Below are positions 49,641-63,184 of a DNA stretch of 64,000 bases, one piece after another. The stretch's first letter is position 1; each line of letters opens with the position of its first letter. Origin of the DNA: the human T2T-CHM13v2.0 reference genome, Homo sapiens; the NCBI RefSeq assembly GCF_009914755.1, contig NC_060926.1. The stretch is one strand, 5' to 3'. A program made the position numbers and the translations under genes. The notes under the pieces are model-generated. The model made no database searches. It was not told where the DNA came from and saw only the letters and a program-made list of their open reading frames with translations.

Positions 49641-51007
49641 CTGGTGCAATGAAGAATTCAAGGAGATAATTGATTAAGTAAGAAGGTAGCATTTAGGTAC
49701 AAATGCTGCACAAATGGCCTCATAGGCATCCCCGGAAGGCAGGGTGGGGTTTGAAGGAGGAACGGGAGCTTGCCCGTCGGGCTGTGCCCAGCCTTGCTGG
49801 CCATGTTGGTCACCATGTATCTTTGTGGTTTTTACCACACAGCTCCTCTCGGTGACCTGTCCTTTTGGCCTTTTGGGAAGCTGGGAGGTGTCCTAAACTC
49901 GCCCCGTGGCTTTGTTGCTAAGGAATATGCTCCCCAAAAGTGGTTTTAGGAAAGTTGCTTCATTGTCTCTGGTCTTTTTCTGCTCTCCTTTAAAAAGACA
50001 TTTGCTTTTCTCAAGACCGGGAACAAATCAGCCCTACTTATGCAAATGTGTGGGTTTCTTTCAAACAGCTGCTACAGTGGAGTGATTTTCCATTTTAAGA
50101 TCTTTTAACTCTTAGTGGCATATTTGCAACTTTCTAACACGTTGAATGTCCACAGAGAACTAACACCTTGTAACAAAGTTATTGCCAAAATTTATAGAGA
50201 TTATAATTTATGTTAAATACATTATGAAAGAATTATGCCACATTTTGTTAATAATTAAGTATATAAATAATTAAGTATATAAAAACAAACACAAAAAGTA
50301 AGTAAATTTTTATTCAAAATTTTTAATGGATGAAATCTTTTAGAAGATAGGTTATTTTATATAAAATTTTATGCCAAAGAGTATCTATGACTTCCATGTG
50401 ACTTGTTTGAATTCAAGCTGAACTCAAATACAGAATTCCAAATCACCATCCCCCTTATAGTTAATTCTTCATCACACAGCCATCTAAACAAGTGCTGTGT
50501 ATTCATGTTAGGGTCCAGGTACAGTTGTATATTACAGTTACATGTTAGGATCCAGCGCTCAGTTACAACTCGGTCCTGGGCCTCCTCTTTAAAGGTGAGC
50601 AGGTGGGAGAGGAGAGTTTCCTAGTAAACACGAGAAAGAATAAGCATCCTTGAGTAAACTAAAACAGCTGATGATGAATAATTCATACAACGATTCTGTT
50701 TCCTATGGATCTGTGTGGAAGATAGTACTAGAAGGAAATATGGTATTTCTAAGTCATTGGGACTCTGCCAGGAATACAGAAAACAATACATTTTGGATGA
50801 CAACATTCACGTTTTCATCTTGTTTCATTTTAAATTTAAGAGACAGTGAACTTTTGGTTTATCACTTATTTTACCAAGAATACAATGATTTCTACAGAGC
50901 TTACATTTTACTACCTGATGCTTATCTGAAATTTTAGCTTCATACAAGCCATCCAGTATGTGTAAGTATATTATTATAAGGGGATAGGCCTAGTGTTTAT
51001 AGACACA

Positions 51008-51009
<2 letters not shown>

Positions 51010-51043
<34 letters not shown>
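51010..51043. repeat. (CA)n microsatellite
   Basis: Directly visible. Confidence 0.97.
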
Positions 51044-51044
<1 letters not shown>

Positions 51045-51269
51045 TTATATATGTTCTTTTAAAAAGGGATGTGATGAAACCTTGTTTTAATATTTGACAT
51101 GACAAAAAAGAAATACTTTTCATTTTCCTTGAAAGACATTAACGGGTTAGATAATAAAGGATAGTAGCTTCTTTTCCCCATCCATGCTGTCAGTACTACG
51201 TTCCAGATACCTAGGACCTCGTAAATTCTGACTTCTTAATCATCATGACAGCCCAATTACCTAGCCCTA

Positions 51270-51400
51270 TTATTTTTCTTATTTTACTTATAGGGAAACT
51301 TAGGCAATAAGAAGTTAAATGAGTAGCCCAAGGTTAGAGCTGGTGATGTTCAGGACTGAAATTTGAATCTTGGCAGGCTGTGTCCTGAATTTGAAATATG
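51270..51400. mobile_element. MIR fragment
   Basis: attttacttatagggaaacttaggc..gttaaatgagtagcccaaggt..atttgaatcttggcag. Confidence 0.65.
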
Positions 51401-51675
51401 AACCACCCTCCAGCATGCTTCTCAGGTACCATTTTTACTACTGTTCAGACTCATTCTATTGTAGCTTTGCTTTTCATGATCAAGGTGTTTGTATCTAACA
51501 GGAGTGTGACTTTGAGCAAGGGACAAAATATGTGAACAAATAGCTGCCTGTTCTCCTCAAGGCTCAGCAGCTTCATCAAGCAAATGGCAGTGGTTTGGGT
51601 GATTTCCAGGCTGGGCCATGTTGATTCACATGAAATATGCTTTCCATTGTAGTATATAATGTTGCTGTTTCCAGG

Positions 51676-52398
51676 CATGCACACACATGCATGTACACAC
51701 AAAAGTATACAAACGCATGCATGTGCAGACACACACTTCCACAAGCACATGTGCACACACATCCACAACACACAAATGCATATGCACACATGCTCACACA
51801 TGCACATGAGTGCACATGTGTCCTACACATGCAAGCACACACACATGTTCCAAACTCATGAGCACACACATGCACACACACATGCCTGCACACACATACG
51901 TATTCAAGGACATGCCTGTGCCCACACATATGCACATATGCACATACACACAGGTGCACAGATGTGTGCTCATACATGCACATGAACACAGACCTGCATA
52001 CATGTGAGTGCACACATATACACATGCACACACAAACAAGTCGTACACACATGCACATTAATGCATGTCCCTACATGAACATGAGTACACACATGCCCCC
52101 ACACTTGCAAGCAGACATGTATACCATGCACATGAAACTATGCACACACAAATGCCCATGCATGCACGTGAACACACACGTCCACACAGATGCACACAGA
52201 TATACATTCACATGCGTTTGTGCACACACATGCCCCACACAGATGCACACTCACATGCACATGAACACACATGTCCACACAGATGTACACAGATGCACAC
52301 TCACATGCACTTGTGCACACACGTGTCCACACAGATGCACACAGATGCACACTCACAAGCACTTGTGCACACACATGTCCACACCCACACACATGCAT
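51676..52398. repeat. Degenerate (CA/CATG)n tract, ~720 bp
   Basis: Directly visible; source of the His/Thr/Met and Val/Cys ORFs. Confidence 0.95.
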
Positions 52399-53237
52399 CT
52401 CCAGGCTTTTTCTTTGGCTGCTAATCTCTTTTAACAGCTGTCTTCAAACCTGAATCTTGGTCTTTCCATAAATTTATTAAGTCACTCACCTGTGTTGGCA
52501 AAGCCCTAAATAGAATCCTGCTCTCCTTGTTTTCTTGAGTTTTATTTTTTTTAATGATGCAAAAACTTGCAGTGTCCTTCACAGTGTATACATTGTTTTA
52601 ATATAAAGTAAGCCTTGCAGTTACCAGTTAGAGGAATTCACGTTCCACACTTTTTCTTTGAGAATAATTGGTGTTTCAAAGATGTGCCCTATTAATCTGG
52701 ATGCTCCCTGCACACCCCCTCGGTACACGGAGGACACGGGCATGTCCCAGCCCCACCTCCTCTATCCCTACTGCAGGGGTGAAAACACCGGAGACTCTGC
52801 AGGTTGCTTTTCTAGGTTTTTTGTGTTCCTGTTCCCTCCTGGTTGTGAGTAAAGTTGAGTAGTTAGTAATGCACTAATGTGAAATACGAAATGTGATTCC
52901 AATCAAAAACATCTTCAGATTGTGAGACTAATACCATGAACACCCTTCATATTAAAGTCAGCGTGCATGCAGTGGGTTTCTGAAAGAAGCAGCGTGGACA
53001 GGACTCCCGTGGGCAGGGCCCCTGTCACTGTGCCTGGGCAGCTTTCTCTTCTCTTGTGCTCACTCAGCACCTCGGATTAGTATTGACCGTGGCCCTCATT
53101 CAACACTGATTGTGGACTTGGTCACTTTGTAACTGAGCCTCGCCTAGAATGGAAGTCCCAAGGTGCAGAGACTGTGCCTGGAGGAAACTGTGAGACACTA
53201 AAACCCCATCCCAAGGAGGGGGAATCTGTGCAACAAA

Positions 53238-53803
53238 TGGTCAGGATGAAGCAGAGGCTCTCTTCCATAGAAGCTGCGGAGGTAGTGGTCAGGATGAAGC
53301 AGAAGCTGCAGGGGTGGTGGTCAGGATGAAGAAGCTGCAGAGGTGATGTCAGGATGAAGAAGCTGCAGAGGTGGTGTCAGGATGAAGAAGTTGCAGAGGT
53401 GGAGGTTGGGATGAAGCAGAGGCTCTCTTCTGTAGAAGTTGTGGAAGTGGTGGTCAGGATGAAGAAGCTGCGGAGGTGGAGGTTGTGATGAAGCAGAGGC
53501 TTTTTAGCAGAAGCTGCAGAGGTGGTGGTCAGGATGCAGAAGCTGCAGAGGTGGAGGTTGGGATGAAGAAGTTGCAGAGGTGGAGGTTGGGATGAAGAAG
53601 TTGCAGAGGTGGAGGTCGGGATGAAGAAGTTGCAGAGGTGGAGGTCGGGATGAAGCAGAGGCTCTCTTCCATAGAAGCTGCGGAGGTGGTGGTCAGGATG
53701 AAGAAGCTGCAGAGGTGGAAGTCGGGATGAAGAAGTTGCAGAGGTGGAGGTCGGGATGAAGCAGAGGCTCTTTAGCAGAAGCTGCAGAGGTGGTGGTCAG
53801 GCT
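53238..53803. repeat. Purine-rich mosaic VNTR (~28-29-bp short units and ~46-48-bp long units)
   Basis: GGATGAAGAAGCTGCAGAGGTGGWGGTC interspersed with GGATGAAGCAGAGGCTCTCTTCCATAGAAGCTGCGGAGG. Confidence 0.93.
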
Positions 53804-56445
53804 GCCCCATCTATCATCACGCTCTGATTTAATCAGGTGCTGCCTCCCACCCTTCCTGCCCAACTTGGTGCCTCCTGCATGACTTTCAGGGGGGCTGCGA
53901 AGCAGGTGTCCCAGATCTAACCCTCCGAAATAGTCACTCTCCGCCCTGGGGCCAGAATCGTGTTTGCAGCCTCCAGCCCACCTGCCCTTCTCCTGTTCTG
54001 CACTCAGTGGCTCCCGTTGCCCCAGGATGAACTCTGAGCTCCTAAGTGTACGCTGACCTTCAGTCTTGATTCATGTCCCTGGTTGGATTTAAAGTGTTGT
54101 AGGTACCAGTTTTCTTAGAAATTGGTCCAGAATATATTGAGTAGAGGGAGATTAAAAGATCAAGACATACTTCTCACTTGTGGGCACCCTCCACCATGGA
54201 GCCTGGAGAATCACTGAGGAATGGGAGGAGGGATGAGGGTGTTCAGAGGGCAGAGGTGGGTGCAGAACTCACCTGGCCATTGCCACTTGGGAGAAGTCGG
54301 GCTCCACACAGCATGGCCTCTGAGATGTCTGTGTCCCTGTGTCCCTGAGGGTCAGTGTCAGGAGGAGGCCAGACTGTGTCTGAAAGAGCTGTGGGCACAC
54401 CCCTTTGTTGAAGGGCTGCAGAGAGGGGCGGTGGCACCAAGCTGCCCCATTGCTGAGGGGCCAGGTGGCAGGAGCTCTGTGAGCCACACATCCCTCGGCT
54501 GCTTGGCATTGCAGAGGTGAAGCTATTGAATCACACTTTACCCTGGGGTTCTTGTACAAACCAGATGCACTTTTGGAGAAGAAAAATAAGCCTCACTTAT
54601 TTCGAACAGCCTTCCCACTTTTACCCAAAAGAAACAAAGCTTTTTTTTTTTTTTTAATAGCACACTTTCATGCAGTTAATTAAGATAAAATGAAAACAAA
54701 GGGCAAAATCTCCTCTCTGGTTGGTGATGGAAATGGGAAGTGCGTGTTTCTTCTACCGAGGGAAGGAGGCTCAAATCTTCCAGCATGAGGCTTTTTCATT
54801 TCACTCATTTCTCCACGGTCCAAGCAGGAGCTCTGTGCTGTTTGCTGGGTGGAAGATACTCGGTGCTTCCTTGCTCTCTGCTAAATGCCATCTACCCTCT
54901 CCCATCCCCTCTCGTCCTCCCTGGTCCCTTTGGTGCACTCTGACTGCTTCTGGTTCCCCACTCTGTGGCCTCACCTGTCTGTCCTGAGCGCCATGAGGTC
55001 AGCTGTGGCCCTGCCGTCCTGAAATTGCTCCTTCACTTGGCACATCCTGCCATCATCAGCGGCCTCCATGAGGGCACTGCCTTAGCTCCGTGACTCAGGA
55101 CAGTGCTAAAGAAGTCAGTGTGTTCTCAGCGGGGAAGACGAGGGTAACAGACGTCCAGGTGCTGCGTCAGCTCCACGGGGAGGGAAGCACCCACTTCTCA
55201 GTTCCTGAACCCAGACCTTAGGTCTTCAAGTCTAATGCTTATTTTATTGGGGCACAGTAGAAGTTTTATTATCAATCAGAATTTAACAAGGATTGACATG
55301 AACCTATTTGTTTCTTTTACATAGTTTTCTTCAGTAACACTAGAAAAGACATGTTCTAGGCTGCACAATTTGCTGGGGGAGTTTTTCTGTGCAGAAGCAT
55401 ATTATATGTCCATTTTTTTCCCCAAAAACAATCACCTCAATTTGTGAAGACAAAATCCGATCATCAAGTGTTGCCTGAAAAGCAAATATATATCACTCTC
55501 ATTCTTAGACATAATGTGGCTTCTGCAGACCACACGCCACTCCCTCCTAAAGAAAACAGCACGGACTCCCCTCCAGGAAGAGCTTTTCCTGCTGAATTTA
55601 TATCGGGTTCCATCAAAGAAAAGCGACGGAAATGCATGTGCCTGCAGCCATTAAACAGAAAGACAAGTTGATTTTTTTTTTTGGCAAATTTAGAAACTGG
55701 TGAGAAAACGTTTCATGCTAGAGCAACTTCTGTAATTAAGATATTTTCTTCCTCTAAAATAGAAGGGTTTGTGTGAGCTCAGGGATGTGTCTTTTTTCTT
55801 TCCTAGGAAGTGGAAAAACCAGACCCTCAAATTAAGCTGAGGGGCCCTGCTAGGAATAAGAGGGCCTGCAGCTCCCCAGCTCCCCCTCTGCTGGGCCAGG
55901 CAGAGACACCCTGGGAGGATCTAATCCTCAAACCAAGGCCATTTTGCTTTTTAACTTTGGGGGATATGCACAGGATAATTTTCAGAGAGAAACAGATGCT
56001 GGTAAACTGATATCTCAGGCCTTCAGTCAGAAATCTAGCATTCTCTGTGGTTGATTTTATGGTATTCTTGCCTACACAAGTTGGTAAGTAACCCGTCTTC
56101 TGATAGGACCGTCTGAGAGCAGTTTCACCTAAAGGAAGCCGACGCTGGTTGGCTTTTTATCCTAGCTGCTTTCAGTTGGCATAAATGTTTCTCCTTTATC
56201 ACGTGAATCCTCTTAACTTTAATTTTATTGCAAGAATGATTAATATTGAGACAGCCAAGTGTTATCACAGTTTCATGGACAAGAAAGAGACAATATGTGG
56301 AAGAAAAGTACTGTGTTTGGAGACCCAACCTATTTTTATTTTATTTTTCTGAGAAGCAAAGCTCAGAAAGGAAGAGGGGAGAGGGATTTGTATTTTATTT
56401 ATTTCTTTTTACTATTTACAGGGAAAAATACATTCCCTGCAAATA

Positions 56446-56446
<1 letters not shown>

Positions 56447-56483
<37 letters not shown>
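56447..56483. repeat. (GA)n microsatellite
   Basis: Directly visible. Confidence 0.97.
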
Positions 56484-56486
<3 letters not shown>

Positions 56487-57670
56487 AGAGGATTTCCCAT
56501 GTGCTGAGTATCAATTTTCCTTTCACACAGTCTTGCATGGGGGGCTGGGGAAGCACTGAGCACAGGCAGCTCATTTGGGGACATGGCCGGGATGGCCCCT
56601 GTACTCTCATGGCCTGAGCAGAGTTGTGGCCCCTGGGGTGGCCTCCCAGACCTCCTTCTCACACGCTCTACCAGGGTTGTTTGGGATGCAATGACAAAGG
56701 TAACTTTACCCTTTAGAGAAGAGAAAATCTCACCTGGAATCAGGTTTCTGTTTTCATTTTTAACATTTGAAAAAATGCCCCTTGACGTGAGTTGAACTAG
56801 ACTAACAGATAATGCTGATTTACCTAAATAGGACTTCCCATGTAGGAATGGACAGATGTTGTGAATGAGGTTGTCATGGTTAGTTAAAAAGGGAAGATTT
56901 CAGATAAGACACATTTGGAACCTTCTGGACAGCTCAGGATCCCCTAAGAAGGATCGGCATACCAGTGGCTGAGCCTGATGCTCACATTGTATTTAATAGC
57001 CTCTACCTCCTTAAAGACTATCGGAGATTCTGTGAAATGTCTAGGCAAGATTGCTTTCTTAGCAAGTGGAACATTTTTTTCTACCTTAAATAGAGGGTTC
57101 GTTCTTTTAGTAGAAAGATAAAATGTAGCAGTGTTCTAATCAAAGCACAGATTGTGTTGTTTAAAGAAAATGTCCTTGGCAATACAGAAAAATAGAACAT
57201 ATTAGAAAAACCAATAAATACTTAGCAATTTTAGAGTACATAACTACGGGCTAAATTTTATAGAATATTCTCAATAGCTTTTTAGATTAAAATGGGAATA
57301 CTTGCAGCTATTTTATATTTGAGTAACACATTCGATTATCGTTATATATGTTTTTACAAATAATTTTCAGACACATGTGTTTGAAGTGTTGCTCATGTCC
57401 TTAGCATGTGCTGGGTGCTTTGGGAAATGCAAAAGTTCTAGAAAACACAGCCTCTATCCTCCAGGTGGTTGCCATCTGCCTGGGCAGGAAAACATCCCTG
57501 AAGTGGCAGGAGGTGATAAAAGGTGGAATGCAGTCAGGTCCCGGAAACGCTGTAGGAACTTAGAGGAGATGGAGCTTTTGGAGCCTGGGATGGTTGTGCC
57601 AGGACTGAGAAGGAGAGGTGAGGCTAGACTGCGCTGGGTTAAAGCCAGCAGGAGAATGGCACACTGCAGG

Positions 57671-58098
57671 TGTGGTGGGCAGAGATGGTCCCCACGGATG
57701 TCGGCGTCCTGATCCTGAACTGTGAACACTGGACCTTAGGCAGCAAGAGCTTCCGCAGAGGTGGGTCTGTGAAGTCTCCTGGGGTGGAGACCTTCTGGGA
57801 TGATCTTGTGGCCAGTGTGTCACGGGGGCCTTTACAGTAGGGGCAGGATTGTCAGCGTCAGAGGAGAGGTGAGGATGGAAGGAGAGGTTCGCGGTTAAGT
57901 GCCTGGAGCCAGGGGACTCCAGCGTCTCTAGCGGCTGGAGAAAGCAAGGGAAGATTCTCCCGAGAACTCTGAAAGCCGAGCAGCCCTTCTGACGCCTCGA
58001 TTTCAGGACTTCCGAGTTCCAGAGCCGTGAGCGAATACATCTGCATCTTTAAGCCACTGCATATGTGGTCCTTTGTCTCAGCAGCTCTAGGAAACCAA
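57671..58098 (+). mobile_element. MLT1D-like MaLR LTR
   Basis: tgtggtgggcagagatggtcccca..gatgtc..gtcctgatcc; gctggagaaagcaagggaagattctccc; tttaagccact..gcagctctaggaaac. Confidence 0.82.
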
Positions 58099-58629
58099 GG
58101 GGAGGCTGGGGAGAGAGGCCTGGAGGACAGGAGGGTTGATGGGGCCTCCGCAGATGAAGGGAGGCCTCCTAGACAAGGACAGGGTTACTGAGGAGAAGAC
58201 TGAGGAGAAGGTTCTGGAGATGTGGAAGGAAGGCCGTGCAGCCTTGCCCATCACCAGCGCTCTCCGCTCCATTTCTGCCCGGCAGTTCCAGCCCCTGGGT
58301 CTGCGCCCAGGATGACACCCCACGTGGGCCTCTCCAGGCCGCTCGGCTGCCCAGATGCAGCTTCTTCCTGCCCTCAGCCTCGCCCTGCTCGCCACAGCCC
58401 GTCTTCCTCCTCATCACCTCATGGGGAGCCTCCCGCCCCTTTGGCAGGACGCAGTCACATACTGACTTTCCGTTCCTTTAAGAAGTACGCATCTTTCCCA
58501 GCCTGTAACATTGAGAGGAAACAAGGCTTTCTTGGGACATCATCAAGAGGTCACACCAAAGACATGGGGGACCGAGGCATGGACACTCAGGTGGGGAGAG
58601 CCTGTGGCCGCCCAAGGCCCATGCTCAGA

Positions 58630-60280
58630 TGTAATCATAGAGCCACAACTATGATCAAGATTAGACACTCATGACCCCAGAGGCCCTGAGTCCATTGCAG
58701 TTAATCCCATCCCATCCCTCCTGGCCATACTGGCCTGTTCTGTGTCCCTAGAGTTGTTGTGCCTTTTCCAGATGTCAAATAAGTAGAATTTTACCACGTG
58801 GAGTTTTGATTTTTTTTGGCTTCTTTTTTCAGACTTCTTTGGCTTATCGCAATGCTTCCAAAACTCACCCGTGAGGATGCGGGGTCAATAGGGTGTTATC
58901 CTGGGTTGAGGTGCCACAGTCTGCTCAGCCTTCATCTGTGGATGGGTGTTTTGATTGCTTCCAGGCTTAGGCAGTTGTGAATAAAGTGGCTGTGGGCGTT
59001 CATACGTGGACGCTATAGACACGATTTCCATTGCTCTTGGGTTAAGCTCCCAGGAGTGTGCCTGCTGGTCATTATAGGAAGTATATTCGCAATTTTATGG
59101 GATTTTTTTTTTTGCATTTTTATATAAATGTAAAATCACTTTCTCCATTTCTACAAAAACACCTGGTGCCATTTTAATTGTGATTTTATGTGTATATAGC
59201 TCAACTGGTGAAACATGTCAAAAATACTGAATTTTTCAATCTATGAACATAATACATTTCTTATTTAGATCTCCTTTGAATTCTACCAGCCATGTTTTAC
59301 AATTTTCGTTGCATGTGTCTTGCACATATTTTGTTAAGTTTATGACTAAATGTTCTTATACTTTATTTTATTGTAATTTTTTTAAATTTCAGTTTTCAAA
59401 TATTTCCTATTGTTACCATACATAAATTCAACTGATTTTGTTTACTTTCTTTATATCTTGTGACTGTCAAACTTGTTTAGTAGTTTTGTTGGCTTTATTT
59501 TTAGATTATTCAAGATTTTCTATGTAGGCAATCATGTTATCTGGGATAAAGATAGTGTTACTTCTTTCTCCCTAACGTATGACTTCTTTTTTATTTTTTC
59601 CTTCCATCTTGCATTGGGTAGGATCTCTAATAAAATGTTAAAAAGACAAGAGAGGGGAGTATCCTAGTGGTGTTCCTGATTTCAGGGATAAATAGTCCCT
59701 TTTTCTCCATTAATTGTCACACTCAGTAAATAGATTGTCAGTTTGAGAAGGTCCCTGTTTCCATTCCTAGTTTGCTGAGGGTTTTTAATCCTAAATTGTG
59801 TTGAATTTAGTGGAAAACTTACTTTGCATCTATTGTGATGTTCATATGATTTTAGTTTTGTAGTCTGATATGGTGTATCACATTGATTTTCAAATGTTTA
59901 TGTAAACGTGCAATACTGGTGTAACTCTCAATAGGGATTATGTATTTTTCTTTTAATCCACTGCTGAAAATTACTGACTTCATTTTGTTAGCTATTTGCA
60001 GTTAACTTTATGAGGCTTATAATCCCCAATTTTCTCTCATAATATATTTGCTTTCGATAATTCTGGCATTATAAAACGAGTTGGAACATGTTCCCTCTCC
60101 TATTATATTTTAGAAGGTTTTGAAATAACCTAGCAGTAAAGCGACTTAAGACTAGACCCTTCTTTGTGGAAATAATGCAATTCTTTTGTTAGATTTAGGG
60201 CAAGTCAGGTTATCTGTATCTTCTCAAGTGAACTTTGGCTGTTGGACTCTGTCAACGCGCTTGTCATTTTAATCTAAGTT
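58630..60280 (-). mobile_element. Old L1M fragments
   Basis: Antisense 3'UTR and ORF2-like motifs (ttgattgcttccagg..gttgtgaataaagtggctg; ttcctagtttgctgagggttttta). Confidence 0.75.
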
Positions 60281-60684
60281 ATGCAGTTTACTGCATAGAG
60301 AAAGGAAGCCAAGGGGACCCTGCTGCATGGTCCAGGACAGGGGTGGCATCCAGTCACGGCTCCGCTCTGTGTCCTGCCCTGAGCTCCTCCAGGAGCTGGG
60401 AGCAGCTGCTGACCCCTTTGTGGTTATTCTGACTCACACGCAGCTTTATGCCTTTGCTAACCTTTGACCTTTCTTTTAAAAATCCGCTTTTATTGCTGCC
60501 ATCTTTTCCTTCTATTCTTTACTAAAGGCAAAGAGCTCATGGGTTCTCACTGCCATCAGAGGGGCTGGACGTCCATGGCCATTCAGTTCCTCTGTTTGCT
60601 TGGAGCCTGGCTCTGGAGCCGCCTCAGAGAGGCCTTGCTGTGTACTTTGCAGGTGCTAATCAGAGGAGGAGCTCCACCAGAGGC

Positions 60685-61036
60685 ATCTCAGTCAGCCCAA
60701 GCCTCTGCAACCAAATCCCACAGACCTGGTGGCTTCAACAGATTCTGGAGGCTAGAAATTCAAGATGAAGGTGTTGGGAGTTGGTAGCTTCAGTGTCTGA
60801 TGAGGGCCTGCTTCTGGGTTCACAGATGGCCCTTTCTCACTGTGTCCTCTCGTGGTGGGGGAGCTCTCCTGCCTCTTTCTCCTATTACAGGGGCACAGAT
60901 CACATGAGGAGGCTCAACCTCCATGACCTAATAATCTCCCAAAGACCCCACCTCCTAACACCATCACATTGCAGATTAGAGCTTCAACATCATCTAGGAA
61001 TTTTAGGAGGACCCAGATATTCAGTCCATAACAACA
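60685..61036 (-). mobile_element. MLT1A-type MaLR LTR
   Basis: ttctggaggctagaaattcaagatgaaggtg...cccaaagaccccacctcctaacaccatcacattg...attcagtccataaca. Confidence 0.85.
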
Positions 61037-61744
61037 CTTAATTATAAATTGTGAGCATAATTTTTTGTCAGTTCTATGCATTATCAATTTTGATGTGCAC
61101 ATTTTATTGAACCTGGAGAGAAAGCACATTATTAAAATAAATCCAATAAAATTGGTGTACAATAACTCTTTTTATATCATTCCTAATTCTGGAAATGCCG
61201 TCCTAAGTCAGAGGGAAAAGTTGGCACCCTTTTCTTAGAAAAAAAAAAAGAATGAGAAAATTCACCTTTTAAAATAGTCATTAACTCTTTATTTTTGCAG
61301 GTTGGAAGGCATATATTGTATTATTTTTAAAGGGAAATCTGGATGCTTTTCTTTTTTTAATCATAATTTACTGACCTTTCTTTCAATCTCCCATTTACTT
61401 GTTAAGTACTTACCATCCTAAGATCAGTAAAAACCTTAAGATATGCTGATGATATATATCTGGTCACACTACAGAGAAGACTTTCTCTTAATTTGCCTGT
61501 TTCTGCTGGTAATGAGATGATTTAGTACCAGAGACAGAGAAAACCAGATGGCAATTGTGTTGTTCCATAACTGCAGGGATTATAGCTAGTTCTCCCTGAA
61601 AGTCTATGTATTAATGTCTAATGGATTTCAAGGATGAATGCCACAACCTCAAAGAATGATTCAATTTCCTAGGTCTTGCCTCATTGTTAAAATAGTCAGT
61701 ACATTAAATTGAAGTTGTGGAGAAGGGAGCTTATAAGTTCTGTA

Positions 61745-61749
<5 letters not shown>

Positions 61750-61788
<39 letters not shown>
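61750..61788. repeat. (CA)n microsatellite
   Basis: Directly visible. Confidence 0.97.
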
Positions 61789-61790
<2 letters not shown>

Positions 61791-62368
61791 TATGACTTTA
61801 ATTCTAGAATGACAAGGCAGGCTATAATTATTTATACCCACAAATGGACCTTATCAGTTAGAATATTTATAGTTAATACTTTACTAATCCTCCTGGCTTA
61901 TTCTGTTTTCCATAATCCTGTTATAGTTTTGACCTAATACTCATGAATGGGGATGTGAGGCATGTTTTTTGCTCCAGGTAGCACCCAGGGCATCGGCCCT
62001 AGATGGAGGCTTGATGCTACTTGGAAAATGGCGAAGACAACACTGTCCGCAGTAATGGCATCTAGGGCTGATTGCTGGACAAGCATTTCCCGGCACAGGG
62101 AAGGCACAGCTGGTTCAGGTTTCCCAGGAATGAGTTACCTGCATGTCATCCTGAGACCAGGCAGCAGTGGTGACAGCAAATTCATTCTCGGTTCATTGTA
62201 ATTATCAATAAATGATAAGAAATTTCGTGAGAGATTGTTGCCCTTAAGCTTAAATCTGGGAGAGGAATTAATTTTGTTCTGAAGCAGACTGGCAGGGAGC
62301 GCTTGTAAGTGATGCTGTGCTCACCTGTTAAGTCAAGAAGCAAAAGTGACAGAAACATTGACTCCACT

Positions 62369-62484
62369 ATGACCCAGCATGCACCTATAGTATCAGGCAT
62401 GTGATGCAGATGAAGGAAATAACACACCGTGACCCAGCATGCACCTGCAGCATGAGGCATGCGAAGCAGATAATGGAAATAACC
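62369..62484. repeat. Diverged 60-bp tandem duplication
   Basis: TGACCCAGCATGCACCT...GGCATG...GCAGAT..GGAAATAAC x2. Confidence 0.85.
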
Positions 62485-63184
62485 TCAGATAGGATTTTCT
62501 TTTGAAGGAAACATATTTTATATAAATTATCAATACTGCGGAACTGAAAAGCACACATTTGATTATTTTGTAAAGCAAAAAGGTACATTCACAGAACAGG
62601 AAGCAGAAAAGAAATATTGGGGAAATTGAGTTAGTGATATGGAGAAAATTATGCTAAGAAAAAAAGACAAGTAAAAATATGAGATAGTGGATAGTAGGTA
62701 CAAAGGACAAAACACATGATAAATATCCCTACTGAAGAAATTAAATGAAACAGATGTGATAATCAAATTACAACTACAAAACTTTCTTGATACAGTATTT
62801 AGTATTTAGTTTTGGCACCCTCAGGATACACTGTTGACAAGAATTTCAAAAATAAATATTTAATAAAAGACTTCAAGAATCTTTGCAATACAAGATGAGT
62901 GAATGAATGAATGGAATAAATTACCATCAACTGACCCAAATCTACCTTCTCTCAGACTTCATTTCTGAATAACTTTGGAATATCTTCCCAATTTACAAGA
63001 GTGAGATTAGGACCAGGAATTTGCTCCCCTTCCACATTGCATTTCATATGTGACAGTGCAGGGAGTCATTTTATGACAATTAAGTTCATGTTGAAAAGCA
63101 GCTGCCAACATATTGTCTCTTTGAGGCCATCACACAGTGGCCTGTCCAAATCTTTATTCCCAAAGCTGTCTTATTCTTTTATAG

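Noticed and set aside
50036-50050. Octamer ATGCAAAT as an enhancer
   Set aside because: A single 8-mer is expected by chance in 64 kb
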